From positions 1 through 64,000 of the forward strand of contig CAWFFN010000007.1 in assembly GCA_963815115.1 (NCBI GenBank): a stretch of 64,000 nt of DNA. The letters are read 5' to 3'. This DNA comes from an uncultured delta proteobacterium (GTDB taxonomy: Bacteria > Desulfobacterota > Binatia > DP-6). The notes under the pieces were generated by a model. That model was not told the origin of the DNA and made no database searches. It saw only the letters and a program-made list of their open reading frames with translations. Positions 36,527 to 46,711 of this stretch are shown in pieces. Made by a program: the position numbers and the translations under genes. Numbering within the stretch: the stretch's first letter is position 1; every line of letters starts with the position of its first letter.

Positions 36527-36731
36527 ACGCCCGGGCGAGCCGGAATCGAATGACCACCTTCCCCACCATCGGCGCCACGCAACGCGGGGGTGGGTTAGGA
36601 GGCGGGGGCCGGGAGTGCTAGCCTCGGGGCGCCCTTCGAACGAGGCGCATGCTCTACAACTCCCGCCGGGAAGGTTCTCCAATCGACACCCGGGTGCAGC
36701 AGAAAATCCGTAGACACACCACGAGGTTGCG

Positions 36732-36748
36732 CTGGCATGACGGTTGCT
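36732..36748 (+). promoter_or_regulatory. sigma54 promoter (near-consensus)
   Basis: CTGGCATGACGGTTGCT. Confidence 0.8.
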
Positions 36749-36774
36749 CACCGAGTCCACAGGAGGATTGAACG

Positions 36775-36954
36775 ATGCTGAACTGGGCCGTGACGTTCTT
36801 CGTGATCGCCCTCATCGCGGCGCTGCTGGGTTTCGGTGGAGTGGCGGGGATGTCGGCCAACATCGGTTGGCTACTGGCCGTTCTCGGGGTCGTCGTCCTC
36901 GCGATCGGCTTGCTGAGCCGGGCGCTCGGCGGCGGCCGGAGCGCGCTGCCATAG
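36775..36954 (+). CDS. DUF1328/UPF0391 (YtjA-like) membrane protein (not in ORF track)
   Basis: MLNWAVTFFVIALIAALLGFGGVAGMSANIGWLL; RBS AGGAGG. Confidence 0.92.
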   Translation: MLNWAVTFFVIALIAALLGFGGVAGMSANIGWLLAVLGVVVLAIGLLSRALGGGRSALP

Positions 36955-36964
36955 CCGAGCCAAG

Positions 36965-37005
36965 CGAGCCCAGGCACCGGGCGCCGCGCCCGGTGCCTGG
37001 GCTCG
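36965..37005. terminator. Perfect 20-bp inverted repeat after DUF1328
   Basis: CGAGCCCAGGCACCGGGCGC-C-GCGCCCGGTGCCTGGGCTCG; no U tract. Confidence 0.55.
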
Positions 37006-37143
37006 GCGACGTCTGCAGAGGTCCGGCGATCCGATGCCGCGTGCGCAGGGCCGGGCGGTCCTGCTCGGGGCGAGCATCATGAGGAGAGCGCCTCGCGACG
37101 GCGCTCTGGGGTTGGAGGAGATTCGGATGAAGAGGATGCCATC

Positions 37144-37374
37144 ATGAGACTCGCCACCAGTCGCCGAAATGCGTGGCTGTGCCGCGGGCTCACCGGGGTC
37201 GCCCTGGCGGCGCCGCTCGCCCTCGCTCCGGCACTGCCCGTCACGGTGTATCCGGACGGCGACCGTGCGAAGTCCGCTCGCACGGTCAGGCCCTCGCGCG
37301 ATGTTCCGATCGCCAGCGCGACCCTGAAACCGATGCCGGCACAGCCGGCCGTTCCGCCCGCGCTACCGGAATAG
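37144..37374 (+). CDS. Small hypothetical protein, possible signal peptide
   Basis: 76 aa, purine-rich RBS, hydrophobic N-terminal segment. Confidence 0.4.
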   Translation: MRLATSRRNAWLCRGLTGVALAAPLALAPALPVTVYPDGDRAKSARTVRPSRDVPIASATLKPMPAQPAVPPALPE

Positions 37375-37385
37375 CACTGGCGTCG

Positions 37386-38744
37386 CTACTCCCGCTTGTA
37401 CACGTTCAAGCGGTTGTAGAGCGTCTTCAAGCTGATCCCGAGCACCTCGGCGGTCTTTTTCTTGTCGCCATCGTAGTGGTCGAGCGTCGCCAGGATGAGG
37501 TGACGCTCCGCTTCGCTGAGCGACGTACCGACCTTGAGCGCCGGCTCGCCGCCACCCGGCCCCGCCCCGCTGCTGACGGTTGGCGCGCCGAGATCGGCGG
37601 GCAGGCTGGTAGCCTCGATCTCCCCCTCGGCCATGATGTAGGCGCGCTGCACGGCGTTCTTCAGCTCGCGCACGTTGCCCGGCCAGTCGTGGCGCTCGAG
37701 TCGTTCGAGTGCGGACGGCGAGAGGCGCTTCTGGGTCGAATCCGCGGCGTTGAGCGCTTCGAGGAAGTGATGGGCCAGCAAGGTGATGTCGCCCTTCCGC
37801 TCGCGCAGAGGCGGAAGGCTGATCGGAAACACGTTCAGCCGGTAGTAGAGGTCCTCGCGGAGCTGGCCCTCACTGACGGATTGCGCCGGCGAGCGATTGG
37901 TCGCGGCGACCACCCGGACGTCGGTGGGAACTGGCTGGTCGCCGCCGATGCGCAGGACCTGACCGGTCTCGAGCACGCGCAGCAACTTCACCTGGAGCTC
38001 GATTGGCATCTCGGTGATCTCGTCCAGGAACAGCGTTCCGCCGGAGGCGCGCTCGAAGTGGCCGCGATGGCGCTGCGCCGCGCCGGTGAAGCTTCCACGC
38101 TCGTGCCCGAACAGCTCGCTCTCGATGAGGTTCGGTGACACGGCCCCGCAGTTGATGGCGAGGAACGGCCCCCGGCGGCGCCGGCTGAGCCCCTGGATCG
38201 TCTCCGCCACGAGCTCCTTGCCGGTTCCACTCTCGCCCGTGACCAGCACCGTCGCCTCGGTCGGCGAGACCTTCGCAACGAGGTCGTACACTTCCTGCAT
38301 GGGCTGTGACGCGCCGATCATCGGGCCGAATCGGCCGAGCTTTCTGAGCTCGTGGCGCAACGAGCCGATCTCGTGGGTGTAGTCGAGCAATCGCGCCACG
38401 TTGGCGAGGACGGTCTTCAGGCGTGGCAGGTCGATGGGTTTGGTCAGGTAGTCGGTCACCCCACGCCGGAGCGCCTCCACGGCCGACTCCACGGTGGCAT
38501 TGCCCGTGATGAGCACCATCTGGGTCTTTCCGGGGTCCTCCTCGAGCACGCTCAGCAGGTCGAGCCCGCTGCCGTCGGGGAGCATGAGATCGCTGAGCAC
38601 CACGTCGGGCATCCGCTCGGCCAGCGCCGCCCGCGCGGTGGCAACGTCGCCCGCCGTCCTGGTGGTGAAGCCCTCGCGCTCCACCAGCCTGGCCAGGGCG
38701 CGCAGCTGGTCGGGGTCGTCGTCGATGAGGAGCGCTTCAGGCAT
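37386..38744 (-). CDS. sigma54-dependent response regulator (REC-AAA+-HTH, NtrC/AtoC family)
   Basis: LLIDDD, VLSDLMLP, YLTKP, GESGTGKE, GSFTGA, WPGNVREL, LGISLKTLYNRL. Confidence 0.95.
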   Translation of the reverse strand: MPEALLIDDDPDQLRALARLVEREGFTTRTAGDVATARAALAERMPDVVLSDLMLPDGSGLDLLSVLEEDPGKTQMVLITGNATVESAVEALRRGVTDYLTKPIDLPRLKTVLANVARLLDYTHEIGSLRHELRKLGRFGPMIGASQPMQEVYDLVAKVSPTEATVLVTGESGTGKELVAETIQGLSRRRRGPFLAINCGAVSPNLIESELFGHERGSFTGAAQRHRGHFERASGGTLFLDEITEMPIELQVKLLRVLETGQVLRIGGDQPVPTDVRVVAATNRSPAQSVSEGQLREDLYYRLNVFPISLPPLRERKGDITLLAHHFLEALNAADSTQKRLSPSALERLERHDWPGNVRELKNAVQRAYIMAEGEIEATSLPADLGAPTVSSGAGPGGGEPALKVGTSLSEAERHLILATLDHYDGDKKKTAEVLGISLKTLYNRLNVYKRE

Positions 38745-39294
38745 CGGGCCCGTGTTCCCCGGGGGGCATCGAGACGTCGGCGCAGCTGCCGTCGGCCCTT
38801 CGCACCCGGACACCCCCGCTGCCGGGCGCCGGCTCGACCTGCACCGAGGAGCCGGAGTCGGCGACCGCGATCGCCTCCAGCAGAGCATCGAGGAGCTCCT
38901 GTCGCCAGCCCTCGAGCGCCGCACCCGCGCACCGCTTCGACGGGACCGGAGTTGCCTCGAGATTGACCTGTCGCGTGGCGGCCAGAGGCCGAACCGCGTC
39001 GACGGTCCTCGCCACGACGCTGGCAGTGTCGGTGTCGTCGGGCGCGTCCGGAAGCGCAGCGAGCGTCAGGAAGGCATCGGTGAGGCGCTGGAGGCGTGCG
39101 CACTGCTCCTTCACCACGGCGACATGCCGTCTCTGGGGCTCGCGAACGGACTCACCGGTGTCGAGGGAAACCGCGAGGAGCTCGAGATGGAGGGTGAGCG
39201 CGTTCAGCACTCCACGCACCTCGTGCGCCGTCGGGCGGGCGAGCCGGGAGAGGCTGGCCATGCGTGCGGAGAAGACGGCGTCGTCGCGTGACAT
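38737..39294 (-). CDS. Degenerate histidine-kinase-like protein (intact H-box, ATP boxes lost)
   Basis: AHEVRGVLNAL; the N-box position reads QELLDALLEAI; no DxGxG or GxGLG; overlaps the activator start. Confidence 0.7.
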   Translation of the reverse strand: MSRDDAVFSARMASLSRLARPTAHEVRGVLNALTLHLELLAVSLDTGESVREPQRRHVAVVKEQCARLQRLTDAFLTLAALPDAPDDTDTASVVARTVDAVRPLAATRQVNLEATPVPSKRCAGAALEGWRQELLDALLEAIAVADSGSSVQVEPAPGSGGVRVRRADGSCADVSMPPGEHGPDA

Positions 39295-39473
39295 GTTATG
39301 GTCGATGAGGGCGCTCAGCTGCTCACCCCCGGCGGCAAAGGTTTTGCATTGCGCTCCGCGTCGCGTCAATCGACGGCCTGCTCGCGGCTCCCGGTTGTAG
39401 AAACGACCCCCGGCGTTCCGGCCGAGTCAGCGCAAATCTCCCCGCGAATCCGTCGATGTTTCGGCCGTCGCTC

Positions 39474-39490
39474 GTGGCACGCGGGCTGCA
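39474..39490 (+). promoter_or_regulatory. sigma54 promoter
   Basis: GTGGCACGCGGGCTGCA; box TTGTAGAAA at 39395-39403. Confidence 0.7.
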
Positions 39491-39519
39491 TTGAAGTTCC
39501 CCCCGAGGGAGGTTGCCGC

Positions 39520-39954
39520 ATGAAGCGATTCACGTCGGAGGAGACGGAAGACAGGCTTCCGGGGCTGTTCGAGCCCCACACCATCCTGCCGGTACAGTAC
39601 TTCACCCGGTTGCAGCGGACCTCGATCTGGACCGGTGAGCAGCGACTGATGGCGGCCATCCTGGAGGATGCGGTCGCGGTGTGCGGCAAGCGCAGCGCCC
39701 CGAAGACCTCCAAGGCCCGGCAGATCCTGCGCGAGACGCTCCGGTGGCTGCGCAGCAACGACCGGACGTGGACGTTCTCGTTCCTGCGCATCTGCGAGCA
39801 TCTCGATCTGAACCCGAGCGCGATCCGGCGCGGTATCCGCATCCTGCGTGGCGAGGAGATGCCCGAGCCTGCTGGTGCTACCCACATCGGTCACGTTCCC
39901 CAGCCGGACGAAGCAGTGGAGGCCTATCCGGTCAAGCGCGCCGCCGTCGGATGA
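39520..39954 (+). CDS. Hypothetical protein, paralog of 5309-5695
   Basis: FEPHTILPVQYF, GEQRLMAAILEDA, WTFSFLRICEHLDLNP; RBS GGAGG. Confidence 0.8.
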   Translation: MKRFTSEETEDRLPGLFEPHTILPVQYFTRLQRTSIWTGEQRLMAAILEDAVAVCGKRSAPKTSKARQILRETLRWLRSNDRTWTFSFLRICEHLDLNPSAIRRGIRILRGEEMPEPAGATHIGHVPQPDEAVEAYPVKRAAVG

Positions 39955-40003
39955 CGGGGGACGCCATCGGAGCCCTCCCACGGAGACCTCGAAGGAGCCG
40001 TTG

Positions 40004-40207
40004 ATGACCGAGACGATGAGGCAGCCCCTCCATGCCGCAACCGCCGCAGCGGTCGGTGACGCGGAGTCGCAGGTCGAGCGCCTGCGCGATGGCGTCACGG
40101 ACGCCGACAAGCGCCTCCGGCAGTTCGTGCAGGAGCGGCCACTCACGGCTCTCCTCGCGGCCGCCGTTGCGGGATACATTGCGGCGCGCGTGTTGCGGCG
40201 GCTGTAG
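40004..40207 (+). CDS. ElaB/YqjD/DUF883-like tail-anchored protein
   Basis: FVQERPLTALLAAAVAGYIAARVLRR; RBS AAGGAG. Confidence 0.75.
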   Translation: MTETMRQPLHAATAAAVGDAESQVERLRDGVTDADKRLRQFVQERPLTALLAAAVAGYIAARVLRRL

Positions 40208-40261
40208 GCCGACGCGAATCTCAGCGCGGTCGGTGGGCCTCGCGCGGCCTGAGCCGCCGCC

Positions 40262-42379
40262 TCACGCGCGCCGCTCGAGGACGAGAAGGTTGCGTCCGTC
40301 GGCGCGTACGGCGGCTCCGGCGGCATACTCCGGAGCGGGACCCGGCACGAGCTGGGCCGTGTCCACCACCACCTGCCACCTGGTGCCGAGAGACTCGTCG
40401 GGCAGCCTGAAATCCAGTGGCTCCCAGTGAGCGTTCGCGATCAGAAAGAAGCTCTGATCCTGGATGCGCTCGCCTCGCCGCCCCGGGCTCTGGATCGTGT
40501 CACCGTTCAGGAGGACGGCGAGTGACTTGGCGAATCCGGTCGTCCAGTCGTCCTCCGACATCTCGCCGCCGTCCGGCTTGAACCAGACCAGGTCGCGGCC
40601 GCTCGTGCCCCGGATCGCGCGGCCCTGGAACCAGCGCCGCTGCCGGAACACGGGATGCTCCCGGCGGAGCTGGATCAGCCGCCGGGTGAAGGCGTACAGG
40701 CCGAGATCGCCTGCTTCCCAGTCGAACCACGAGAGTTCGTTGTCCTGGCAATAGGCGTTGTTGTTGCCCTGCTGCGTGCGCCCGAGCTCGTCGCCGCCGA
40801 GCAGCATGGGCACGCCCTGCGACAGGAGCAGCGTGGCGAGCAGGTTGCGTACCTGGCGCGCGCGCAGGCCGCTGATCTTGGGGTCGTCCGTGGGTCCTTC
40901 GACACCGCAGTTCCACGAGCGGTTGTGGCTCTCGCCGTCCCGGTTCTCCTCGCCGTTCGCCTCGTTGTGCTTCTCGTCGTAGGAGACCAGGTCGCGCAGC
41001 GTGAAGCCGTCGTGCGCGGTGACGAAGTTCACGCTGGCCGAGGGCGAGCGGCCCTCCGAGGCGTAGAGGTCCGAGCTGCCGGTGAGACGGGACCCGAACT
41101 CCGCCAGCGTGGCGTCGGCGCCCCGCCAGTAATCACGTACGCAGTCGCGATACTTGCCGTTCCACTCCGACCACAGGGGCGGAAAGTTGCCCACCTGGTA
41201 GCCGCCCTCGCCGAGATCCCAGGGCTCCGCGATCAGCTTGACCTGCGAGAGCACGGGGTCCTGGTTGATGATGTCGAAGAAGGCGCCGAGCCGGTCGACG
41301 TCGTGAAGCTCGCGCGCGAGCGTGGACGCCAGGTCGAAGCGAAACCCGTCCACGTGCAGCTCGAGCACCCAGGAGCGCAGGCTGTCCATGATGAGCTGCA
41401 GCGTGCGCGGATGCGTCATGTCGAGCGTGTTCCCGGTCCCGGTGTAGTCCTGGTAGTACCGGCCATCGACGAGCCGGTAGTAGGCGGCGTTGTCGATCCC
41501 GCGGAAGCACAGCGTCGGCCCGAGCTGGTTGCCCTCGGCGGTGTGGTTGTAGACGACGTCCAGGATCACCTCGATGCCGGCGTCGTGCAGGGTACGGACC
41601 ATGGTCTTGAACTCGGTCACCTGCTGTCCCAGGCCGCCCGTCGCGGCATAGCGCACGTCGGGGGCGAAGAAGCCGATCGAGTTGTATCCCCAGTAGTTGG
41701 TGAGTCCGCGATCGACGAGGTGACGATCGGCGACGAAGTGATGGCAGGGCAGGAGCTCGATCGCGGTGACGCCCAGCATGCGCAGGTACTCGATGATCGG
41801 CGGTGAGGCGAGTCCGGCGTAGGTGCCGCGGAGCGCCTCGGGCACCTGGGGGTGACGCATGGTGAACCCCTTCACGTGCACCTCGTAGATCACGGTCTCG
41901 TCGATCGGCCGCCGCAGCGGGCGATCGCTGCCCCACGAGAAGGCCGGGTCGATCACCACCGACTTGGCGACGAAGGGCGCGCTGTCACGGTCGTCGGGGG
42001 CCAGGTCCTCCTCGTCGCCGCCGACGCGGTATCCGAAGACCGCATCGTGCCAGGACACCATGCGGTCGATCGCCCGGGCGTAGGGATCGAGGAGCAGCTT
42101 GGCGGCATTGAAGCGATGGCCAGCAGCGGGCTCGTAGGGCCCCTCCACGCGGTATCCGTAGCGCAAGCCGGGCCGCGCCTCGGGGAGGTAGCAGTGCCAG
42201 ACCTGGTCGTCACGCTCCTCCAGTCGGACGCGTGCCACCTCGCGATTGCCCTCCGCATCGTCGAACAGACACAGCTCGACGCTCGTCGCGTGCTCCGAGA
42301 ACAGGGCGAAATTGACGCCCGCCCCGTCCCAGGTCGCACCCAGCGGATAGGCCGCTCCCGGCCAGACCTTGACGCTCAA
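40262..42379 (-). CDS. glgX: Glycogen debranching enzyme (GH13, GlgX/TreX)
   Basis: [43 protein letters not shown]. Confidence 0.96.
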   Translation of the reverse strand: MSVKVWPGAAYPLGATWDGAGVNFALFSEHATSVELCLFDDAEGNREVARVRLEERDDQVWHCYLPEARPGLRYGYRVEGPYEPAAGHRFNAAKLLLDPYARAIDRMVSWHDAVFGYRVGGDEEDLAPDDRDSAPFVAKSVVIDPAFSWGSDRPLRRPIDETVIYEVHVKGFTMRHPQVPEALRGTYAGLASPPIIEYLRMLGVTAIELLPCHHFVADRHLVDRGLTNYWGYNSIGFFAPDVRYAATGGLGQQVTEFKTMVRTLHDAGIEVILDVVYNHTAEGNQLGPTLCFRGIDNAAYYRLVDGRYYQDYTGTGNTLDMTHPRTLQLIMDSLRSWVLELHVDGFRFDLASTLARELHDVDRLGAFFDIINQDPVLSQVKLIAEPWDLGEGGYQVGNFPPLWSEWNGKYRDCVRDYWRGADATLAEFGSRLTGSSDLYASEGRSPSASVNFVTAHDGFTLRDLVSYDEKHNEANGEENRDGESHNRSWNCGVEGPTDDPKISGLRARQVRNLLATLLLSQGVPMLLGGDELGRTQQGNNNAYCQDNELSWFDWEAGDLGLYAFTRRLIQLRREHPVFRQRRWFQGRAIRGTSGRDLVWFKPDGGEMSEDDWTTGFAKSLAVLLNGDTIQSPGRRGERIQDQSFFLIANAHWEPLDFRLPDESLGTRWQVVVDTAQLVPGPAPEYAAGAAVRADGRNLLVLERRA

Positions 42380-42449
42380 CCATCGCAGATTGCCGCAACG
42401 CGTAGCGCCAGGCTAGCCCGAACCTGCATCTGCCGCCGGTTTGAATCTC

Positions 42450-42466
42450 ACGGCACGTCGGTTGCT
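42450..42466 (+). promoter_or_regulatory. sigma54 promoter for the kinase-treZ-treY operon
   Basis: ACGGCACGTCGGTTGCT; box TTGTAGAAA at 42533-42541. Confidence 0.65.
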
Positions 42467-42584
42467 TCTGGCAAGACCAGCCACTCCCGACGTCGGGGGC
42501 GCTCGTCGCCGAGGCGCGCACCCTGTGACAGATTGTAGAAAGCCCCTTTCTCGCCTTCCGGACCGGGTACGCTCGGGAGCTCGG

Positions 42585-44859
42585 ATGCATCTCCCAGGGG
42601 TCGGCGCCGTGGCCCTGGTATCGGCGATCGCGACGATCGCGGCGGGTGCGATGCCGAGCAGCGTGGCCGTCGTGCTCCTGATTGCCGCGGTGGGAGCCGG
42701 CGCCCTCTCGGGGGGCGTCGGGCCGGCCGTCAGTGCGGGGGGCGTTGCGCTGCCCGCCTGGTGGTACATCGGCCTGCGGTTCGACCTCTTCCTGTTCGGC
42801 GCGTTCCTGCTCGGCGGCGTGCTCCTCGCCATGGCGGGCGAGAGTCTGCTTCGCAGCCGGCGGCGCGCGGCCGACCTCGCCGAGGAGCTGGCGCTGACGC
42901 AGCGCAGGCTGGTTCACGAGGCGGAGAGCCATCGCCGCGCCGACCATGCCGAGGCAGCGCTGCGTCACGCACAGGAGCGATTCGACCGGCTCGTCCGCTC
43001 CAACGTCGTGCCCGTGGTGGTCACCGATCATGACGGACGATGCCTGGACGCGAACCCCGCATTCCTGGAGCTCGTCGGGTGCGAAGCGGAGGATCTCGCG
43101 GGCGACGCCGTCCGCTGGCAGGCGCTCTCGTTGCCGGCGGAACGCCTGCTCGACGAGCGCGCCGCCGCCGAGGCAAGGACCCATGGTGCCGCGTCGCCCT
43201 ACGAGCGCACCCTGGTCCGCACGGACGGCCGTCGTGTCCCGGTGCTCGTGGGCGCGCTCGCCATCGCACCCGGCGAGCCAGCGCTGCTCTGGTTCGTGAT
43301 CGACCTCGGTGCCCGCCAAAAGCTGGCGGAGGAGCAGGCGGCCCGCGCCCTGCTCGACGTCATCTTCGAGACGGCGCCCGTCGGTCTCGGGCTCTACGAT
43401 CACGAGCTGCGATTTCTCCGGGTCAATCGCCGGCTCGCCGAGATCAACGGGTTGCCGCCGGAGGCGCAGCTGGGACGGCGCCTCCCGGAGGTGCTGCCGG
43501 AACTCGGCCCCGAGGTGCTCGAGCAGTTCGCGCGCGTCATCGAGACCGGTGAGTCGCTCGAGCACGCGGAAGCGCACGGCCGCACGCCGGCTTCACCCGA
43601 CGAGCGTCATTTCGAGGTGAGCTACTATCCCGTGCGGGCGCCCGGCGCGCCGTTCTTCAGCGTCGCCGCGATCGTCTACGAGGTGACCGATCGCCGGCGG
43701 GCGGAGGAGGAGCGCGAGGCGCTGCTCCGCGAGGCCGAGCGCGCGCGAAGCGAGGCGGAGCTGGCCAGCCGGGCGAAGGACGAGTTCCTCGCGGTCCTCT
43801 CGCACGAGCTGCGGGCCCCTCTGCAAGGCGTGCTGGGGTGGGTGACCCTGCTGCGCGAAGAGCGCCTCGAGGCCAGCCAGCAGGCGCGGGCCCTGCAGGC
43901 GATCGAGCGCAGCACGCGGCTGCAGACCCAGGTCATCAACGACCTGCTGGACGTGTCCCGCATCATCAGCGGCAAGCTGACCGTGGAGGCGCGTCCGCTG
44001 GACGTCACGGCGGCCGTACGCGAGGCGGTCGCCCGCGTCCGGCCGGCCGCGGCCGCGCGCGGGATCACGCTGGACGCCAGCATCGTCGACCGTGGGGTCT
44101 CCCTGGGCGACGCCCAACGCTGGCAGCAGGTGCTGGACAACCTGCTGTCGAATGCGATCAAGTTCACGCCCGCCGGGGGGTCGGATCGCGGTGCGCTGCG
44201 AGCATGCGGGCGAAGAGATCACGATCGTCGTGGAGGACAGCGGCGAGGGGATCGCGCCCGAGTTCCTGCCGCACGTGTTCGAGCGGTTTCGCCAGGCCGA
44301 CGCGAGCAGCTCGCGGCCGCACGGCGGACTCGGTCTCGGCCTGGCGATCGCGCGGCGGCTGGTCGAGCTCCAGGGAGGGCGGATCACCGCGGACAGCGAG
44401 GGCGTGGGACGCGGCGCGAGGTTCACGATCCACCTGCCGATGCACGATCCCGACGCCATCTGTCCCGCGGTCGCGCCGGAGTCGCCGCGCGGCGAGATGA
44501 GGGGACGGCACCTCCTGGTCGTCGAGGACGATCCGGACTCGCGCGAAGCCATCGCGCTGGCCCTCGAGCTGCACGGCGGACACGTGCGAGCCGCCGGATC
44601 CGTCGACGAGGCCCTCGCCCTGCTCGACGACCCGCTCGACGCCGTCCTGAGCGATCTCTCGATGCCGGGGAAGGACGGCTATGCGCTGCTCGAGCGGCTC
44701 CGGGCTCGCGGCGTCGATGCGCCCGTCGTGGCCGTCAGCGGCTTCGCGACGCCGGAGGATCGGGAGCGCGCGCTCGCGGCCGGCTTCAGCGCCCACCTGG
44801 CGAAGCCGGTCGACGTCGACGTGCTGCTCAACACCGTCGCCAGGCTGCTCGGGCGCTGA
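42585..44859 (+). CDS. Hybrid sensor kinase (TM-PAS-PAS-HisKA-HATPase-REC), frameshift at the G-run near 44175
   Basis: SHELRAPL, NLLSNAIKFT, DSGEGI, GGLGLGL; REC VVEDD, SDLSMP, LAKP. Confidence 0.9.
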
Positions 44860-44866
44860 ACGACCG

Positions 44867-46711
44867 ATGAGGCGTGCGCACGACATGCCATTCGGCGCCG
44901 CGCTCTGCGCGGATGGCGGCGTGGCGTTTCGCTTGTGGGCTCCGGGAGCCCGGCGGGTCGACGTGCGACTCGCCGGGAGCGCCGGCCGGCCGATCCCGAT
45001 GACCGGCCCGGACGCGGGCTGGTACGTCGCGCGCAGCGACACCGCCGGTGCCGGCACGCTCTACCAGTTCGTCATCGACGGCGAGCTCGCGGTGCCCGAC
45101 CCTGCGTCCCGCTTCCAGCCGCGTGACGTGCACGGCCCGAGCGAGGTCGTCGATCCCACCGCCTTCGACTGGCACGACACGGCGTGGCATGGACGCCCGT
45201 GGCACGAGAGCGTGCTCTACGAGCTCCACCTGGGCACGTTCACGCCCGCCGGAACGTATGGGGGGGCGGCCGCGCGCCTCGACTACCTGGCCGACCTCGG
45301 CATCACCGCGGTGGAGGTGATGCCGCTCGCCGAGTGCCCCGGGGCGCGCAACTGGGGCTACGACGGCGTGCTCCCGTTCGCGCCCGAGCACACCTACGGG
45401 CGACCCGAGGAGCTGAAGGCCTTCGTCCAGGCGGCGCACGATCGCGGCCTCATGGTCTTCGTCGACGTCGTCTACAATCACTTCGGTCCGGAGGGGAATC
45501 ATCTCCACCGCTATGCGCCGCAGTTCTTCACCGAGCGCCACGCCACCCCGTGGGGGGCGGCCATCGACTTCGACGGCCCGCACAGCCGCACGGTGCGCGA
45601 CTACTTCATCCACAATGCGCTCTACTGGATCGAGGAGTTTCACGTCGACGGGCTGCGCCTCGACGCCGTGCATGCGATCCACGACGACAGCAGGCCCGAC
45701 ATCCTCGCCGAGCTGGCGGCGGCCGTGCACGGCGCAGCGCCGGACCGCCGCGTGCATCTCGTGCTCGAGAACGACGACAACACGGCGCGATATCTCGAGC
45801 GCGACGCCGCCGGCAGGGCGCGGGCGTACGCGGCCCAGTGGAGCGACGACGTCCACCACGTCCTGCACGTGCTGACGACCGGAGAGACGGGCGGCTACTA
45901 CGCCGACCATGCCGCCGCGGCGCGTGCCCGGCTCGGCCGCACGCTCGCCGAGGGCTTCGACTACCAGGGCGAGCACTCGCCACACCGCGGCCGGCGCCGC
46001 GGGCAGCCGAGCGCCCACCTGCCGCCCACCGCCTTCGTCTCGTTCCTTCAGAACCACGATCAGATCGGCAATCGCGCCATGGGCGAGCGCATCGGTTCGC
46101 TGGCGCCGGCGGCGGCCCTTCGTGCCGCCGTCGCGATCGTGCTCCTGTCGCCCTCGATCCCGCTGCTCTTCATGGGGGAGGAGTGGAACGCGCCCGAGCC
46201 GTTCGTCTTCTTCTGCGACGTCGGACCGGAGCTGGCCGATGCGGTGCGAGAAGGCCGCCGGCGAGAGTTCGCGCACTTCCCGGAGTTCGCCGACGAGGCC
46301 GCACGAGCCCGGATTCCGGATCCGCTCGCGCTCGCGACGTACGAGAGCGCCAAGCTCGACTGGTCGCTGCTCTCCGAGCCCGCGCACGGCGCGTGGCTCG
46401 ATCACCATCGTGCGCTGCTGGCCATTCGCCGGCGCGAGATCGTGCCTCGCCTCGCGGGATTGGCGAGGGGCAACGCGGAGCACGCGGTGCACGGCGGCAA
46501 GGTCGTCGAGGTGCGCTGGCGGCTCCGGGAGGGCGCGGTGCTGCAGCTCCTCGCATGGCTCGGGGCGGAGCCCATCGACGGTCTGGCGCTGCGGCTCGCC
46601 GGACGCGCGCTCCACTCGACCGCGCCCGGCGTCGTCGCGGCCGGAGAGATTCACGCGCTGCCGCCGTGGTTCGTGAGCTTCTCGCTGGCGGCGCCCGCGG
46701 GGGCGGGGTGA
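44867..46711 (+). CDS. treZ: Malto-oligosyltrehalose trehalohydrolase
   Basis: FRLWAP, PDPASRFQP, NWGYDGV, DGLRLDAVHAI, QNHDQIGNR, LFMGEEW. Confidence 0.95.
   Translation: MRRAHDMPFGAALCADGGVAFRLWAPGARRVDVRLAGSAGRPIPMTGPDAGWYVARSDTAGAGTLYQFVIDGELAVPDPASRFQPRDVHGPSEVVDPTAFDWHDTAWHGRPWHESVLYELHLGTFTPAGTYGGAAARLDYLADLGITAVEVMPLAECPGARNWGYDGVLPFAPEHTYGRPEELKAFVQAAHDRGLMVFVDVVYNHFGPEGNHLHRYAPQFFTERHATPWGAAIDFDGPHSRTVRDYFIHNALYWIEEFHVDGLRLDAVHAIHDDSRPDILAELAAAVHGAAPDRRVHLVLENDDNTARYLERDAAGRARAYAAQWSDDVHHVLHVLTTGETGGYYADHAAAARARLGRTLAEGFDYQGEHSPHRGRRRGQPSAHLPPTAFVSFLQNHDQIGNRAMGERIGSLAPAAALRAAVAIVLLSPSIPLLFMGEEWNAPEPFVFFCDVGPELADAVREGRRREFAHFPEFADEAARARIPDPLALATYESAKLDWSLLSEPAHGAWLDHHRALLAIRRREIVPRLAGLARGNAEHAVHGGKVVEVRWRLREGAVLQLLAWLGAEPIDGLALRLAGRALHSTAPGVVAAGEIHALPPWFVSFSLAAPAGAG

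Noticed and set aside
42394-42411. sigma54-like motif upstream of glgX (similar cases near 27317-27332 and 27455-27471)
   Set aside because: GG-to-GC spacing is 11 or 9 rather than the required 10; an indel error is possible, but they were not counted.
44170-44185. Programmed frameshift or phase variation at the G-run in the hybrid kinase
   Set aside because: Homopolymer indels are the typical long-read error, and the window has many such errors.
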